A stretch of DNA of 64,000 nucleotides from Mobula hypostoma (lineage: Eukaryota), in assembly GCF_963921235.1 (NCBI RefSeq), contig NC_086109.1, positions 8,558,001 through 8,622,000 on the forward strand, given 5' to 3'. Of the stretch, positions 36,101-49,888 are shown piece by piece. Under the pieces are notes generated by a model. That model was not told where the DNA came from. It searched no databases and worked only from the letters and a program-made list of their open reading frames with translations. Within the stretch, counting starts at the first letter, position 1. The number at the start of each line of letters is the position of its first letter. Made by a program: the position numbers and the translations under genes.

Positions 36101-39100
36101 GATGTATTTAAGGCAGAAATTGATAGGTTCTTGATTGGACACGGCATCAAAGGTTACAGTGAGTGGGGTTGAGGAGGGGAATAAAAGGATCAGACATGAT
36201 TGAATGGTGGAGCAGACTCGATGGGCCAGATGGCCTAATTCTGCTCCTATGTCTTATGGTCTTATAGTCTCATTCTAAAACTGCTTCTGATCTGATTCCA
36301 CCACCATCTCTGGCAGCGCATTCCAAATATCAATCACTCTCTGTGTAAAAAAAAATTACTCCTCAAACCTTTTATAAATCTCCTTCCTCTCTCCTTAAAA
36401 CTATGTCTGTCTGCTTTTCATACCTCTACCATGGAAAATAGGTTCTACCTCTGCCTTTTAATTTGATATGTCTCCATCATCAAGTCACCCCAGCCCCCCT
36501 CACCCCAGAGAATACCAAGCCAGCCTATTTAATCTCTCGCTATCGCTGAAGATTTCCAACCCAGGCAATATCCTGGTAAATCTCTTCTGCACTCTCTCCA
36601 GTGCAACCACATCCTTCCTATAGTGTGGTGACCAGAACGCACGCAATACTCCAAGTGCGGTCTAACCAAGTAGTTTCTAAAGTATGCCTTAAACGCTCTT
36701 CATCTTTCTACCACGAACTCTATCTCAACAGCTTGTACTTCTTTTACAGAACTGACTTATATTTTATATTTATATTACTTATAAAAGTAATAAGAAATGT
36801 TATGTTTCTTATTGTAACTTACAGTGATTTTAAGTGTATTGCAATGTAATGCTGCTGCAAAATGACAAATTTCATGAAATAGGTCATTGATAATAATCCT
36901 GATTCTGATTTCTATTGACCTCAGTTGTCATCTACGGGGAACTATGGACTTTACCTCAAAGTCCCTCTGTTTATACATTTCCTACCACCCTGCACTCTAT
37001 TGAATACATCCTACTTGACCCCTGTGCTCTCTTGGAGCATGGAGCTGTGGAGGAAATATAGATAGACGGGTATATTTATTGCCAGAGAAATGTATACAAT
37101 ATACATCCTGAAAATCTTTTTCTTCGCAAACATCCACGAAAACAGAGTGAATGACAGTTAAACGTGAGAACCGCAAGGCCCCTCCCGCCTCCCCCTCCCG
37201 CGCACAAGCAGCAGCAAGGCAACAACCACCCCCACCAGCAAAAGAGCATCATCGCCCTCCACCAATATTTTAGAGTGGATCATTTTGGAGGCAGGGACCA
37301 CAATTCCCTATATTTTACAGTGGTATTAAAATGGATGGTACTGAACCAGTGATAAGACCATAAGACATTGGAGCATTTGGCCCATCGAGCTCGCTCCACC
37401 ATTCCATCACATGTCTGATTTATTACCTCCCTCAACTCCATTCTCCTGCCTTCTCCCCATAACCTTTGACACCCTGACTAATCAAGAACCTATCAAAATC
37501 CACTTTAAATATACCCTATGATTGGTCTCCGCAGCCGCCTGTGGCAATGAATTCCACAGATGCAACATGATGCTCTAAAGAAATTCCTCCTCATCCCTGT
37601 TCTCGAGGGATGTCCTTTTATTTGGAGGCTGTGCCCTCTGGTTCTACACTCGTCCACTATAGAAAACATCCTCTCGGCATTCACTCTATATTGGCCTTTC
37701 AATATTCAATAGATTTTAATGAGATTCAACCCCCCCCCCATTCATCTACACCAGGCGTTCAGAGACCCCCTCAGTTAATTGTAGGGCTCCATGGCATGTT
37801 CTAAACCCAAGCAAGTACAGGCCCAGAGCCACTAAATTCTCCCAAGGACCTTGAAATGAAGGAAGGCCAATCTCACTAGCATTAGATGGACCTGGGAAAG
37901 ATGGATTGGGAGCATCTAGTTACAGTTAATGCTTCTGATTTATATTTGCATCTAAGTCTACACAGTGAGAGGCATTTAAAATAGTAATGGCAGAATCTTC
38001 AAGACATTGAGAAAAGCACACACAAAATGTTGGAGGAACAAAGCAGGTCGGGCAGCATCTGTAGAAAGGTGACAAATAAAGTTGATAGTTAACTTTTTCT
38101 CCTTCAATATCCCTTGAGCAACAGGGTTCCATACACTGGTTACCTTTGGCTCTTACCCTTAAAGGAACTTGTTTGCCATGAACTCCCTCTATTCTCAATA
38201 AAGACAAGAGATTCTGCAGATGCTGGATCCCCAGAGCGACACACACCAAGTGTTGGAGGAACTCAGTCGAAAGATCTCAGCCGGAAAGATCGACTGTTTA
38301 TTCCATTCCATAGATTCTGACTGCCCTACTGACTTCCAGATACCTATCGAATTTCTCTTAAATGTTGAAATCTAACCTGAATCCATAGTTTCCACTGGCA
38401 GCTTGTTCAAAACTTTCACATCCCTGAGTGAAATAGTCCCTTCCAGGGTCCCCCTTAAATATTCTACCTTTCACACTTATACGATGATCTCCAGTTCTTG
38501 TTTCGCCCAGCCTCAGTGGAAAAAGTCTTCCTGCATTCACCCTATCTATGCCCCCATAATTTTGAACACCTCTATCAAAGCTCCCCTCATTCTCCTTCGC
38601 TTTAGGGAATGAAGTCCTATTCAACCTTTCCCTATAACGGGTCCTCCAGTCCTAGCAACATCCTTATAAATTTCCATTCTCTTCCTGTGCTTGTTAAGAT
38701 GTCCAAAATTCTAAGCCCTCTTCCTGGCATCTGAGAGCACATTTACCCAAAGATTGCCAAGGAATTGGTTTGCTAGGGAGAATGAAACTCGAACCTTTGA
38801 GGAAAATGTGCTTCCTAGCAACAGTTATAACCCTATTGCAATAACTCAGCAACAAGTATTTTCAATATTCAGCACCTTTAGCAAGATTGGTATCTTTGAC
38901 CTATATAGCCGCAGCTCTGAGCATGCTCGTCATAAGGAAGACAGTAGCACACAACTCTAAATAGAGACACAGTCCATGGTGTGGCAGCACAGCAGCATGA
39001 CAGATTGTGCAATCGTTTTACAGTGCCAGCTCTAAGACAGGGGTTCGATTCCTGCTGCTGCCTATAAGGAGTTTGTACAATCCCCCTGGTACTCCAGTTT

Positions 39101-41274
39101 CCACCCACATTCCAAACACGTACAGGGTGTTTGGTTAGAGTTAGTAGGTTGTGTGTCATGTACAGCAATACTTATTGATTTGACGTGATGCTAAATGACG
39201 TATTTCACTGTATGTTTCAATGTACATGTGACAAATAAAGCTAATTGTTTAGAAACATAGAAAACCTATAGCACAATACAGGCCCTTCGGCCCACAATGC
39301 TGTGTCAAACATGTACTTACTTTAGAAATTACCTCCGGTTACCCATAACCCTCTATCATTCTAAGCTCCATCTACCTGTCCAAGAGCCTCTTCATAGACC
39401 CTATTGTATTTCCTGTATCTATCTCCAGTGGTTGCTATTCAGGGTATATATCCAACCAACGGCAGTAACCCAACTACAGACTACAGTCTTAAACCATCTA
39501 CCACTCAGCTGGACTTGGAATAGGGGTAGGAAGTCATAATTTTTTGAATCCTGCCTCTTATTACAGTGTATGTTTGTTGTTTTATCTAGTGCTTGACCAA
39601 GAACTAGTGAAGTTCATTATCAAAGATAACCGCCAACTTGAGTCAACAGGCAATAGGGATCCCAGAAATGAAAGGGTCAATGTATGAGGAGCGCTTGATT
39701 GCTCTGGGCCTGTATTCAGTGGAGTTTGGAAGAATGATGGGTGGATTTTATTGAAAACTGCCGAATATTGAAAGGCCTCAACAGAGTGGACGTACAGATG
39801 ATGTTTTCAATAGTGGGGAAGTCTAGGACCAGAGCACACAGCCTCAGAATAGGACATCCCTTTAGAAGAGAGTTGAGGATGAATTTCTTTAACCAGACTG
39901 GAATTCATTGCCACAGATGGCTCTGGAGGCCAAGTCATTGGATATACTTAATTTTGGGGGGTTGATAGGTTCTTGATTCATAAGGGCATCAATAGTTATG
40001 GAGAAAATGCAGGAGAATGGAGCTGTGAGGGAAAATAAATCAGCAATGATTGAATGGCAGAGCAGACTTGATGGGACCAATGGCCTAATTCTGCTTCTAT
40101 GTCTTATGGTAAGCTTCAAACACAAGACAACTTACTTGAAGGACAGGCTTGGAATGTCAATAGTGAGTAAGTCAGGGGAAAATATGATTACTTGCCAACT
40201 GACCACATTTACAGCTTATCCCTGTAGCAACCCCGCCTCACCCTGTCAGAGCCATTCCCTTAGTTCTATCCATTCCCTCCACCAATCCCTACTTCCCCAA
40301 GTACCTTCTCAGCAACTTAAAACCCCTTGTTTTCCCTTTTTCTCCCTACTAATTGAAGATCTTCAATGTGAAACATTAGCTACTGTTTTTCTCTCTCCGG
40401 AGATGTTGCCTGACCTGCTGAGCATTCCCATCATTTCCTGTTTTTTCATTTCAGATTTCCAGCATCCGCAAGTTTTTGCTTCATTTCTAGGTTCTGAAGT
40501 CAATTTTGTCAAAGGTAACTGGTGCATCTCTGTAGTTGAGGCTAATTTGTCTAACTACACTCCAGTAAACAGTCTGATGTAACAATCATCCAAAATGTTT
40601 TCAAATATATATCTAATTGCATGCTGGTGTTCCCCTGCTGCTGTTTGCCACAGGATTGTTTCTCCCCCAGTGTTGATCTGACCACACCTAAAATAAGAAA
40701 TGCTTTCCTGAGGAATAAAACTGTTTCCCCTCTCCCCCTGCCTGAGATAAGCTCCACTCTGTACTGTAGGGATGGAGTAATGAGCTAGGAATAAGTTTAG
40801 ATGAGGTACCATATAGGAGAACCAATGGGAGCCAGAGTAAAGGAGAAGAGAACTAATAAATGCAATAATTTTTATTTATTGAGCTGTAGCACGGAATAGG
40901 CCCTTCATGCCCTTTGGGCTGTGTTGCCCAGCAATCCCTCAATTTACAATGACCAATTAACCTACCAACCAGTATGTCTTTAGACTGTGGGAGGAAACCA
41001 GAGCACCCGGAGGAAACCCATGTAGTCACGGGAAGAAGGTACAAACTCCTTACAGGCAGTGGTGGGAATTGAACCCACATTGCCTGTACTGAAAAGCGTT
41101 GTGGTACCGTGCCACTTAACTTCACTCACATCAACTCTGAACTAACTCCACAATATGGACTCACTTTCAAGAATGCTACAACATATTGGTTTTCTTACTG
41201 CTTGGTTGATTGTATTTGCACCAGCTGTCTTCTTTTTCTCTAGTTTTATTTCAATGGCTTCCTTCACCAGGCAG

Positions 41275-41695
41275 TCCCAATAGCGTTTAGGTTACCCGGA
41301 GAAATCAGCAGTAGCAGAACATTGCATTCGCAATGGCCATAGGATTGATTTTGAAGGCACAGAACTACTGTGCCACGCCAGTGGCTTTTGGGACTGCCTG
41401 GTGAAGGTAGCCATTGAAATAAAACTAGGGGAAAAGAATTTTAACAAAGACAAAGGTGTCACTCTAAGTAAGAACTGGAATTCGATTGCAAACAAGGTGG
41501 GAGAGCAGAAACCTGATTGGATGAGGACTAACCGATCAGGATGGACAGGCTACGGGGGTATAAATACCACCGGACTAGACATGCCCAGTCATCATCCCTG
41601 ATGAAGATGGCGGAGTTCGTCATCGAAAAAGAATACTCATACCCGGCTGGAAGCCCGAGAAGAGTTTGTTCGCCATATACACTGGGAAAGCACTA
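41275..41695 (+). mobile_element. Penelope-like element of a second (Poseidon-like) lineage, 3' fragment
   Basis: Translates as EKSAVAEHCIRNGHRIDFEGTELL...VAIEIKLGEKNFNKDKG...LSKNW (GIY-YIG C-terminus), followed by CTGATGA, a 7 bp stem and GAAA at 41598-41628. Confidence 0.75.
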
Positions 41696-44497
41696 GAACA
41701 GAACATCCCAGACCCTTCCATAAACCTGATCTGAGGACAACTGACAAAGTCATAGTGCTTCTAAAGACATGGCTCAGGATCTTGTAAACCTCCACGTGCC
41801 ATAGATTCATGGAGCATTACAGCACAAAACAGGCCCTTCAGTCATTGAGTAGGTGCTGAACTATTAATCTGCAAAGATCCATCAACGTACACCCTCCCAT
41901 CCATGTACCTACCCAAGCTTCTCTCAAATGCTGAAATCAAACCCACATCCACCATTTTCACTGGCAGCTCGTTCCACACTCTTACCTCTCTCCAAGTGAA
42001 GAGGTTCCTTCTCATGTTCCCCTTAATCATTTCATCTTTCACCCTTAACTCATGACCTCTAGTTCTAGTCTCACCCAATGTCAGTGGAAAAAGCCTTCTT
42101 ACTTAAACCCTATCTATTACCCTCATAATTTTGTATACCTCTATCAAATTTCCCCTCATTCTCCTACGCTCTTGGAAATAAAGTCCTAACCTCTTCAACC
42201 TTTCCCTATAACTCAGGCCCCCCAAAAGTTTTCTGTCTAAAAATTGCCTCTGCAACACAATTTAGCTTTATTTGTCATAGGTGCATCAAAACATTGTGAA
42301 ATCTGTCGCTTGCAGCAAATCAAATCAGCGAGGATTGTGCTGAAAGCATCCCATGCTTCCAGTGCCAACGTAAGACAACTTAAAAGATTGTACGTCTTTG
42401 GGAATGTGTATGGAAACCAGGGCACCTACAGGAAACCCAGTCGGTGGAAGAGAGAAGCTGCAAACTCCTTACAGCCGGAGGCGGGAATCGAACCCCAATG
42501 GGGTATCACTGTCACCGTAATGTGATTGAGCTCACCGCTACGCTACTGTGCCATCCACAAAGATCTTGGGCAGTAATGACATTTAATGTTGGCAGTAAAT
42601 TGGAACATCGCACACCAAAGAGCCTAAGAAGGTTCTCATGAGCATTATCTTGAAGCACTTACATCCTCACTTGCATACCCCTTGCATCATTTGACCTTCT
42701 ATTCTGTCAGAGGAAATTGCTGACCTTAACAATAGACTCACGATATGAAGAGAATTTGAATACTTGAGAATGAAACCACATTTAACCTCGCACAAGATAG
42801 GCCAATTGTACAGTGCCATACTTTGAAGCATTTCTAAATAGACATTGAGTCCATTTCTAAGATAAGTGATCAACACTGTTACCTCAGACTTGGGCCCCAT
42901 CCTCTTTTGGTGTGCTGCTTTGCGGAGGGTGCTAGCACACTTCTTGGAAATACTTGCAAAATTAGCCCGAAACAATGTGAAATGTAGCGCTATCTGTGTA
43001 ACACATGAACTCATAAACTGAAACGTGACCTCAGCAGTTCCTGCCACAGGGAAACAAGACCCCATTTTCAGAGTCCCGCCCATTACAGTCACAGAACTTT
43101 GGCTGGTATGGAAGGGGGAAGGGGACACGGCACCATTCAGTGTGGTGGTGGCCTCACCCCCAACTCTGGACAAATTAGTCCCATTGATCCCCAAGCCCTG
43201 AAGCAGTGTTTCTTTTCCTCCCATAGGTGCCACTTGAAATTCTGAGTCCCTCTAGCAGACTGAGTGTTGCCACTGACCTCTGTGCCCTGAGTGACTTTTC
43301 AATGGGACCTTTTTTCATTGCAGGCTCAAGAAACTGCAGATGCTGTAATCTGGAGCCAAAATCAGAACTGAGACCCAGAACATCAATTATCCCTATTCCT
43401 CCACTGATGCTGCCTGACCCTCTGAGCTCTTTTGTTCTCTGCTCCAATATATTTGCTGTTTGAAGGTCAGTATCACCATCTATAAAAGGTGAATGAATTA
43501 GTTAATATTATGGTGATATTCGATATATTTAAATTTATTGAGAAAGAATCATGCATTAACCACAAAGGCAGCAGAGGAGAGATATGGGAAGTGATTAAAA
43601 GCGAAGTAAAGAAATGAAGAAAGCAAAAAGAATGATGAAATTAAATTATAAAGGAACGTTAAACAAAATAGGACAACACATTACAGACTCAGTGAAACAT
43701 GCCCAGCCGATCCAATCTCTCCACATAACTCCCAGCATGGTAATGTTCTTACACTGCCACCGATCACCGATCAGGATTCATCCTCACCTCTGCCGGTAAG
43801 GAGACTGTGTTTTCCCTGTGATCGTGTGGATTTTCTCTGGGTGTGCATTTTCCTCCCACTTGAAAAAGATGCACAGTACTGAGCAAAAGTGTTAGGTACA
43901 CATATATATAGCTCGGGTGCACAGTACTGTGGTAATTTTATGTATCGAACTGTACCGCTGCTGCAAAAATAAAATCCACAAATTTCGTGACATATGTGGG
44001 TGATGGTAAACCTGATTCTGATACGGGTCTCTATTGTGGACTGAGAGTGGGAAGGGGACAGGAAGAGGGGAATCATGGTTGGGAAAAGGAGAAAGGAGAG
44101 AGGTGAGGGAGTGGGAAGCACCAGAGAGGCATTCTGTAATGATCCGTAAAACAAATTGTTTGCAATCAAATGACCTTGCCTGGTGTTTCAGGGCTGGGTG
44201 TCACCATCCCACGCCCATCGCCCCTCGCCCCGGCACTCCTTCTCTGCCACCTGTCCCACACCCCTCCCGAGGTGGTCGACCCTCACCATTCCCAGCATCC
44301 TTTGCTCCCGCCAGATTTACAAACTCACTCTCCACTCCACTTTGACAAATACAAAAGTCTTAGGCACGCTAACTACATATATGTATACGTGCCCAAGACT
44401 TGTGTGTAGTATTGTATGAGTTAGGTTCAGTGAGTTGTGCTGTTGATGAAACCATGGCATACTTGTGAGCTTCCCACAACACAATCCTCGCTGATAT

Positions 44498-44801
44498 TAA
44501 TAATAATAGGCATCCGTTAGTCTCATGAGACCATGGATTTGTGCCTTGGAAGGTTTCCAGGACACGGGCCTGGGCAAGGTTGTATGGAAGACCAGCAGTT
44601 GTCCATGCTGCAAGTCTCCCCTCTCCACGCCATCAATGTTGCCCAAGGGAAGGGCATTAGGGCCGATACAGCTTGGCACCACTGTCGTCGCAGAGCAATG
44701 TGTGGTTAAGTGCCTTGCTCAAGGACACAACACGTTGCCTCGGCTGGGTCTCGAACTCATGACCTTCAGATCACTAGACCGACGCCTTAACCACTTGGCC
44801 T
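44498..44801 (-). mobile_element. tRNA-derived SINE
   Basis: Minus-strand head GGCCAAGTGGTTAAGGCG...GAGTTCGAGACCC and a (TAT)n tail. A second copy is at 48395-48710. Confidence 0.75.
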
Positions 44802-44889
44802 CGCTGATATAATTTGATTTAAACAAGGCACTTCACTGACCATTTTGATGTATATGTGACAAATAAAGTTAATCTTTAATGCTGCCTTG

Positions 44890-45410
44890 TAGTTGTCTGT
44901 CTTGTCCGACGATGAGAGGAAACCTGTGAGGGTGCGTTTTTAAAGTGGAAAAACTGTTGCACTGGGGCATTTCCAGTCTCTCGACCTCCGAAGTCTGGGT
45001 CCAGTGGTACGAACCAGCGTCACAAACCAGGGTCATCCTTGGTTGCAGTGGATGACCGTGACATTTTCTGTATCTGGCCATGCCCTTCACTCTCCACGGA
45101 GCGTTGCAGTACCACCTTCCTGGCTGTTGGATCTCACTGTAGACCTCACCTGCCCAGTACAGCGGAGCTGACTTCACCTGCTAGGACAAGCACGTTCCTA
45201 TCTGAGGATGCTGGCAGCCCTCACCTGGTTTAGCCCACCTGTGGAAGTGGTGTACTGGGGTGTGGCCGCTGTCACATGCAAACAGATACTTGGAGCCACA
45301 GGTGAGAGCTGAGTGTCCAGTGGGGACCAAAGGTGAGTGAGCTCCCCCAGAATGGATATTACAAGCCCCTTCACCCCTTTACACCTCCTGTGGTAGAGAC
45401 GTATCTCCAC
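44890..45410 (-). mobile_element. Non-autonomous RTE-related repeat
   Basis: Homologous to 4350-4840; the head GTGGAGATACGTCTCTACCA is shared with 30815. Confidence 0.5.
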
Positions 45411-45557
45411 ACACCCAAAAGATGTGCAACACAGTCCATATAACTCAGAATCAGATCGAATATCACTTTCATCTGTTGAGAAATTTGTTGTTATTTGGCA
45501 GCAGTACATTGCAATACATAATAACAAAAACTTTATTAAAGTAAGATGTATACATAT

Positions 45558-46722
45558 TATCATAGGGCAATGGCTAGGAATGGACCCAAGTGCAAGACAC
45601 AGACACTGAAGTACTAGGGACAGGACTAGGATACAGGGTGATGGCAAGGACATGGACACGAAAACCGGGAACCCGGAACAGGACTGGACAAGAGAGCTAG
45701 GAGCCCGGGCTTGGACTCCGAGCCAGAGACTAGACAAGGACCCAGTACCTGGGTCTTGCCTCTGGCTCGGACTCCAGAACTAGGCAAGAATAAGGCTCGG
45801 CAGACAGGCAGGATGAGGCTTGAGGCTAGAGACTAGAGGCTTGAGGCGAGGCTTGGCAGGAGGCTAGAGGCAGGAGACTTGAGGCGAGGCTTGGCAGGAG
45901 GCAGGAGGCTTGATACGAGGCTTGGCAGGAGGCTTGAGACGAGGCTTGGCAGGAGGCAGGACGCTAGAGACGAGGCTTGGCAGGAGGCAGGACGCTAGAG
46001 ACGAGGCTTGGCAGGAGGCAGGAGGCTGGAGTCTTCAGGCTTGAGGCTAGGCAGGAGGCTGGAGTCTTCAGGCTTGAGGCTAGGCAGGCTCCTCCTGGGC
46101 AGGGCACGGATCACCACCAGATAGAGGCATGGGACAGGAAGGGACAGAACCAACCGCAGGTAACGGCAAGACGGCCTGGCTTACGCGATGGAGGCATGCG
46201 ACAGGAAGGGACAGAACCAACCGCAGGTAACGGCAAGACGGCCAGACTTACCTGGTGGAGGCAAGGGACAGGAAGGGAGCTAGGTACGGGGTGGCTCCAG
46301 GACAAGACTGAAGGTGAGACGAGACGACAGCTACCAGCAAGACCAGGCAAGGCTTCAGACAATGCAAAGTGAAACGAGAACTTCAGGCGAGGCGAGAGTT
46401 ACCGGCAAGACAAGGCAAGGCTTCTGGCAAAGCAAGGCGAGACGAGAACTTCAGGCGAGGCGAGAGTTACCGGCAAGACAAGGCAGGTCTTCAGGCGAGG
46501 AAACAGAAGGCAGAGCAAGGGATACAAGGAGTAAGGACAAGAACAATCCAGTCACCACGCCCTGGTCTCTGGAGGTATTTATGCAGCTAGCCCCAACGAG
46601 CATCAGCTGCCTCAATTAGAACTCAACAAGAACAGAAACAGGGTAGTCAGGAAAACCTGGACCAAGGGTCGATGGACTGGACCGTGAACCGGAATACGGA
46701 CTTCACGGACTGGACCATGACA
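45558..46722 (-). mobile_element. Probable solo LTR (Gypsy-like) with internal tandem repeats
   Basis: The minus strand starts TGTCATGG, has CAGCTG and CATAAATA promoter-like motifs, and ends CTTGGGTCC...TGATA. It interrupts a LINE tail. No clean TSD seen. Confidence 0.65.
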
Positions 46723-48394
46723 CACATATATATATATATATATAACGTTAAATAAGTAGTGCAATAAGAGAAAAAAAGTAGAGTTATAGTGTTCATGGGT
46801 TCAATGTCCATTCAGAAATCAGATGGTAGAGGGGAAGAAGCTGTTCCTGAATCATTGAGTGTGAGTCTTCAGGCTCCTTTACCTCCTCCCTGATGGTAAC
46901 AATGAGAAGAGGGCATGTCCTGGGTGGTGGGGGTCCTTAGTGATGGACGCTGCCTTTTTTTAAGACACTGCTCTTTGACCTAGGGGAAGATATTTAAAAT
47001 AGAGCGTCTGCAAGAGACTATCAGTGCCGGAACCTGGTACAACAGACCATCTGCTGGAGGAATTCAGTGCCAGCGGCATCTTTGGGTAGAGGAATCGTCA
47101 GCATTTTGGGGCAAACTCTGAATTAGGACTTGCTTTCAGGGTTTTGCATCATCCATGCGTGCAAATGTTTCTTAGAGAAAGGCATGGATGTATTTGGTGA
47201 AGGGCCAGTTCTCTGTGCTGTGAAATGTTATGATCTATGATTATAAATCTCTGAAGAAAAGACTTCTCAGGAAATAAAACTATTTTAATGATATATCATT
47301 TTCATAATAGAGGAACACTGTGACTAATCTGTTCACAGCAGGCTCCAGTCAGGTGTGTTGAGTATGTTGCTTAACAAGGGATCAATACTGGTTTGGACAC
47401 CAAGGATCATTTCTCTCTTCATCTTCAAAATGGATCCTTGGTTATCTTAAGCACCGTCTAACAAGTGGATGAAGATTTAATTTCTCACCGAAAATGAAAG
47501 GTCACAATTGGCAGGGCCAAAACCTTTTCAAGACCAGAGCATCAACGTGAACTTTTGTACTCAAGCCTACTGTCACAATAGATCCACAGCAGATGTCATT
47601 TCATTGGCTCTTCTCTCAGCCCTAGGGTATCTGGACAGTGAAGATGAGGAAATCTGCGTTATCATGGACTGGTATGGAAAGAGCAATGCCCAGGAATTGT
47701 AGTGGATGCAGCCCAGTACATCACAGGAAAAGACCATTTTGTGTTTCACAAACACAAGAAAATCTGCAGATGCTGGAAATCCAATGCAACACAGACAAAA
47801 TGCTGGAGGAACTCAGCGGGTCAGGCAGCATCTATGGAAATTGATAAACTGTCGACATTTTCAGCGGAAACCCTTCATCAGGACCTTTGTGTTTTTCTGC
47901 TTGCACAGTTTGTCTTCTTCGGCATATTGGTTGTTCGTCAGTCTTTGCGAGTAGTTTACCATTGATTCTGTTGTATTTCTTTGTTCTGCTATGAATGTTT
48001 GCAAGAAAATTAATGTCAGCGTAGTGTATGGTGAAATATACTGTATGTACTTTGATGATAGACAATAGGTGCAGGAGTAGGCCCGATAAATTTACTTGAA
48101 TCTTTGAAGCGTCCAGGTGGGAATTGAACCCACTATTTCTTATCATAGAGGTGAGAGAGCTACTGAGTATAACAGAGATGGGAGAATAAAGGCCCAGCAC
48201 CAAAAGGGAAATAAGCTTTGAAGGTGTTGCAGCCTTTTCTCCAGTTAATTGCTGTCAACACTACTGTTGGCTGGATTACTGTATTCGGTACAGCTGATTC
48301 CTGTATTTTAGATGTGTTAGTACTTGGATGATGGTAGACTCCACTGTCCTTTCTTACAACAGAATTGACTTTATTACTTAAATCCTTCACATAT

Positions 48395-48710
48395 CAAACA
48401 CATCAAAGGCATCCATTAGTCTTGCAAGACCATGGATCTGCGCCTGGAAAGTCTTCACTCTCCAGGGCGCAGGCCTGGGCAAGGTTGTATGGAAGACCAG
48501 CAGTTGCCCATGCTGCAAGTCTCCCCTCTCCACGACACCAATGTTGTCCAAGGGAAGGGCATTAGGACACATACAGCTTGGCACCGGTGTCGTCACAGAG
48601 CAATGTGTGATTAAGTGCCTTGTTCAAGGACACAACACATGTTGCCTCGGCTGGGGCTCAAACTCACGACCTTCAGGTCGCTAGTCCAATGCCTTAACCA
48701 CTTGGCCACG
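48395..48710 (-). mobile_element. tRNA-derived SINE, same family as 44498-44801
   Basis: Directly similar; head GTGGCCAAGTGGTTAAGGC. Confidence 0.75.
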
Positions 48711-48719
48711 TGCCCTTCA

Positions 48720-49282
48720 CCTACATGAGGAGAAAAACTCTTTACGTTACATCTCCATCTAAATGTGCCATGTGCAATTTATAGTAATTTGTAATAAATA
48801 GTATGTACAACAGGACAGTCAATGTAGCATAGAAATACAATTGTATCAGCACGAATTAATCAGTTTGATGGCCTGGTGGAAGAAGCTGCCCCAGACCCTG
48901 TTGGTCCTGGATTTTATGCTGCGGTACAGTTTCCCAGATCGAGCAGCTGGAACAGTTTGCACAATGATCCTTCGGGCCCTCTTTACACACCTGTCTCTGT
49001 AAATGTCCTGAACAGTGGGAAGTTCACATCTACAGATGCGTTGGGCTGTCCGCACCACTCTCTGCAGAGTCCTGAGATTGAGGGAAGTACAGTTCCCATA
49101 CCAGGCAGTGATGCAGCCAGTCAGGATGCTCTCAACTGTGCCCCTGTAGAAAGTTCATAGGATTTGGGGGCCCATGCCAAGCTTCTTCAACTGTCTGAGG
49201 TGAAAGAGGTGCTGTTGTGCTTTTTTCACCACTCAGCCAGTATGTACAGACCACATGAGAACCTCGGTGATGTGTATGCCTT
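48720..49282 (-). mobile_element. Rex1/Babar-type LINE 3' end
   Basis: VRTAQRICRCELPTVQDIY...SGKLYRSIKSRTNR...SFFHQAI. Confidence 0.7.
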
Positions 49283-49367
49283 TTAATCATAAGTCTGAAA
49301 GCAAAACATTTTAAATATGATTCCTATCGAATAAAGTGCAAAGTAAGATTTATTATCAAAGTACCTA

Positions 49368-49888
49368 TTCAGTGGCCACTTAATTATGTACACCTGCTTG
49401 TTAATGCAAATATCTAACCAGCCAATCATGTGGCAACAACTCAATGCATAGAAGCATGCAGACATGGTCAAGAGGTTCAGTTGTTGTTCAGTCCAAATGT
49501 CAGAATGAGGAAGAAATGTGATTTCAGTGACTTTGGCTGTGGAATGAGTATTTTTTGCCTGACGGGGTGGTTGTAGTATCTCAGAAAATGCTGATCTCCT
49601 GGGATTTGCATGCACAAATGTCTCTAGAGTTTATAGACAATGGTGCAAAAAGAACAAAAAGAAAGCATTCTGTGAGCATCAGTTCTGTGGGTGAAAACGT
49701 CTTGTTAGTGAGAAAGAGCAGAAGAGAATGGCCAGACTGGTTCAAGCTGACAGGAAGGCAATAGTAATTAAAATAACTACTTGTTGTGCAGAAGAACATC
49801 TCTGAATGCACAACATGTTGAACTTTGAAGTGGACGGGCTACAGCAGCAAAAGACCACTCCTGTAGTTAATAGACTAGCCAATGAGTG
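49368..49888 (+). mobile_element. Internally deleted Tc1-like transposon
   Basis: Termini TCAGTGGCCACTTAATTATGTACA / TGTAGTTAATAGACTAGCCAATGAGTG-TA. Transposase N-terminal remnant MRKKCDFSDF...SENADLLGF...VSRVYRQW. Confidence 0.7.

Larger units (their letters stand above)
32410..36270 (+). mobile_element. Near full-length, decayed CR1 LINE (ORF1 esterase, ORF2 APE-RT, 3' UTR)
   Basis: ORF1 SGNH motifs; APE remnants at 33420-34060; RT pieces QHGFLQGKS, VDVVYLDFQKAFDK and KFTDATKIGG; TTATGGTCTTAT tail; many stops and frameshifts. Confidence 0.9.

Noticed and set aside
39998..40582. 194 aa ORF
   Set aside because: Runs through a CR1 3' UTR and a decayed Penelope-like tail; a chance chimera.
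42667..43233. 188 aa minus-strand ORF in unique sequence
   Set aside because: No recognisable domain or convincing splice sites; one ORF this long is plausible by chance in six frames of 64 kb.
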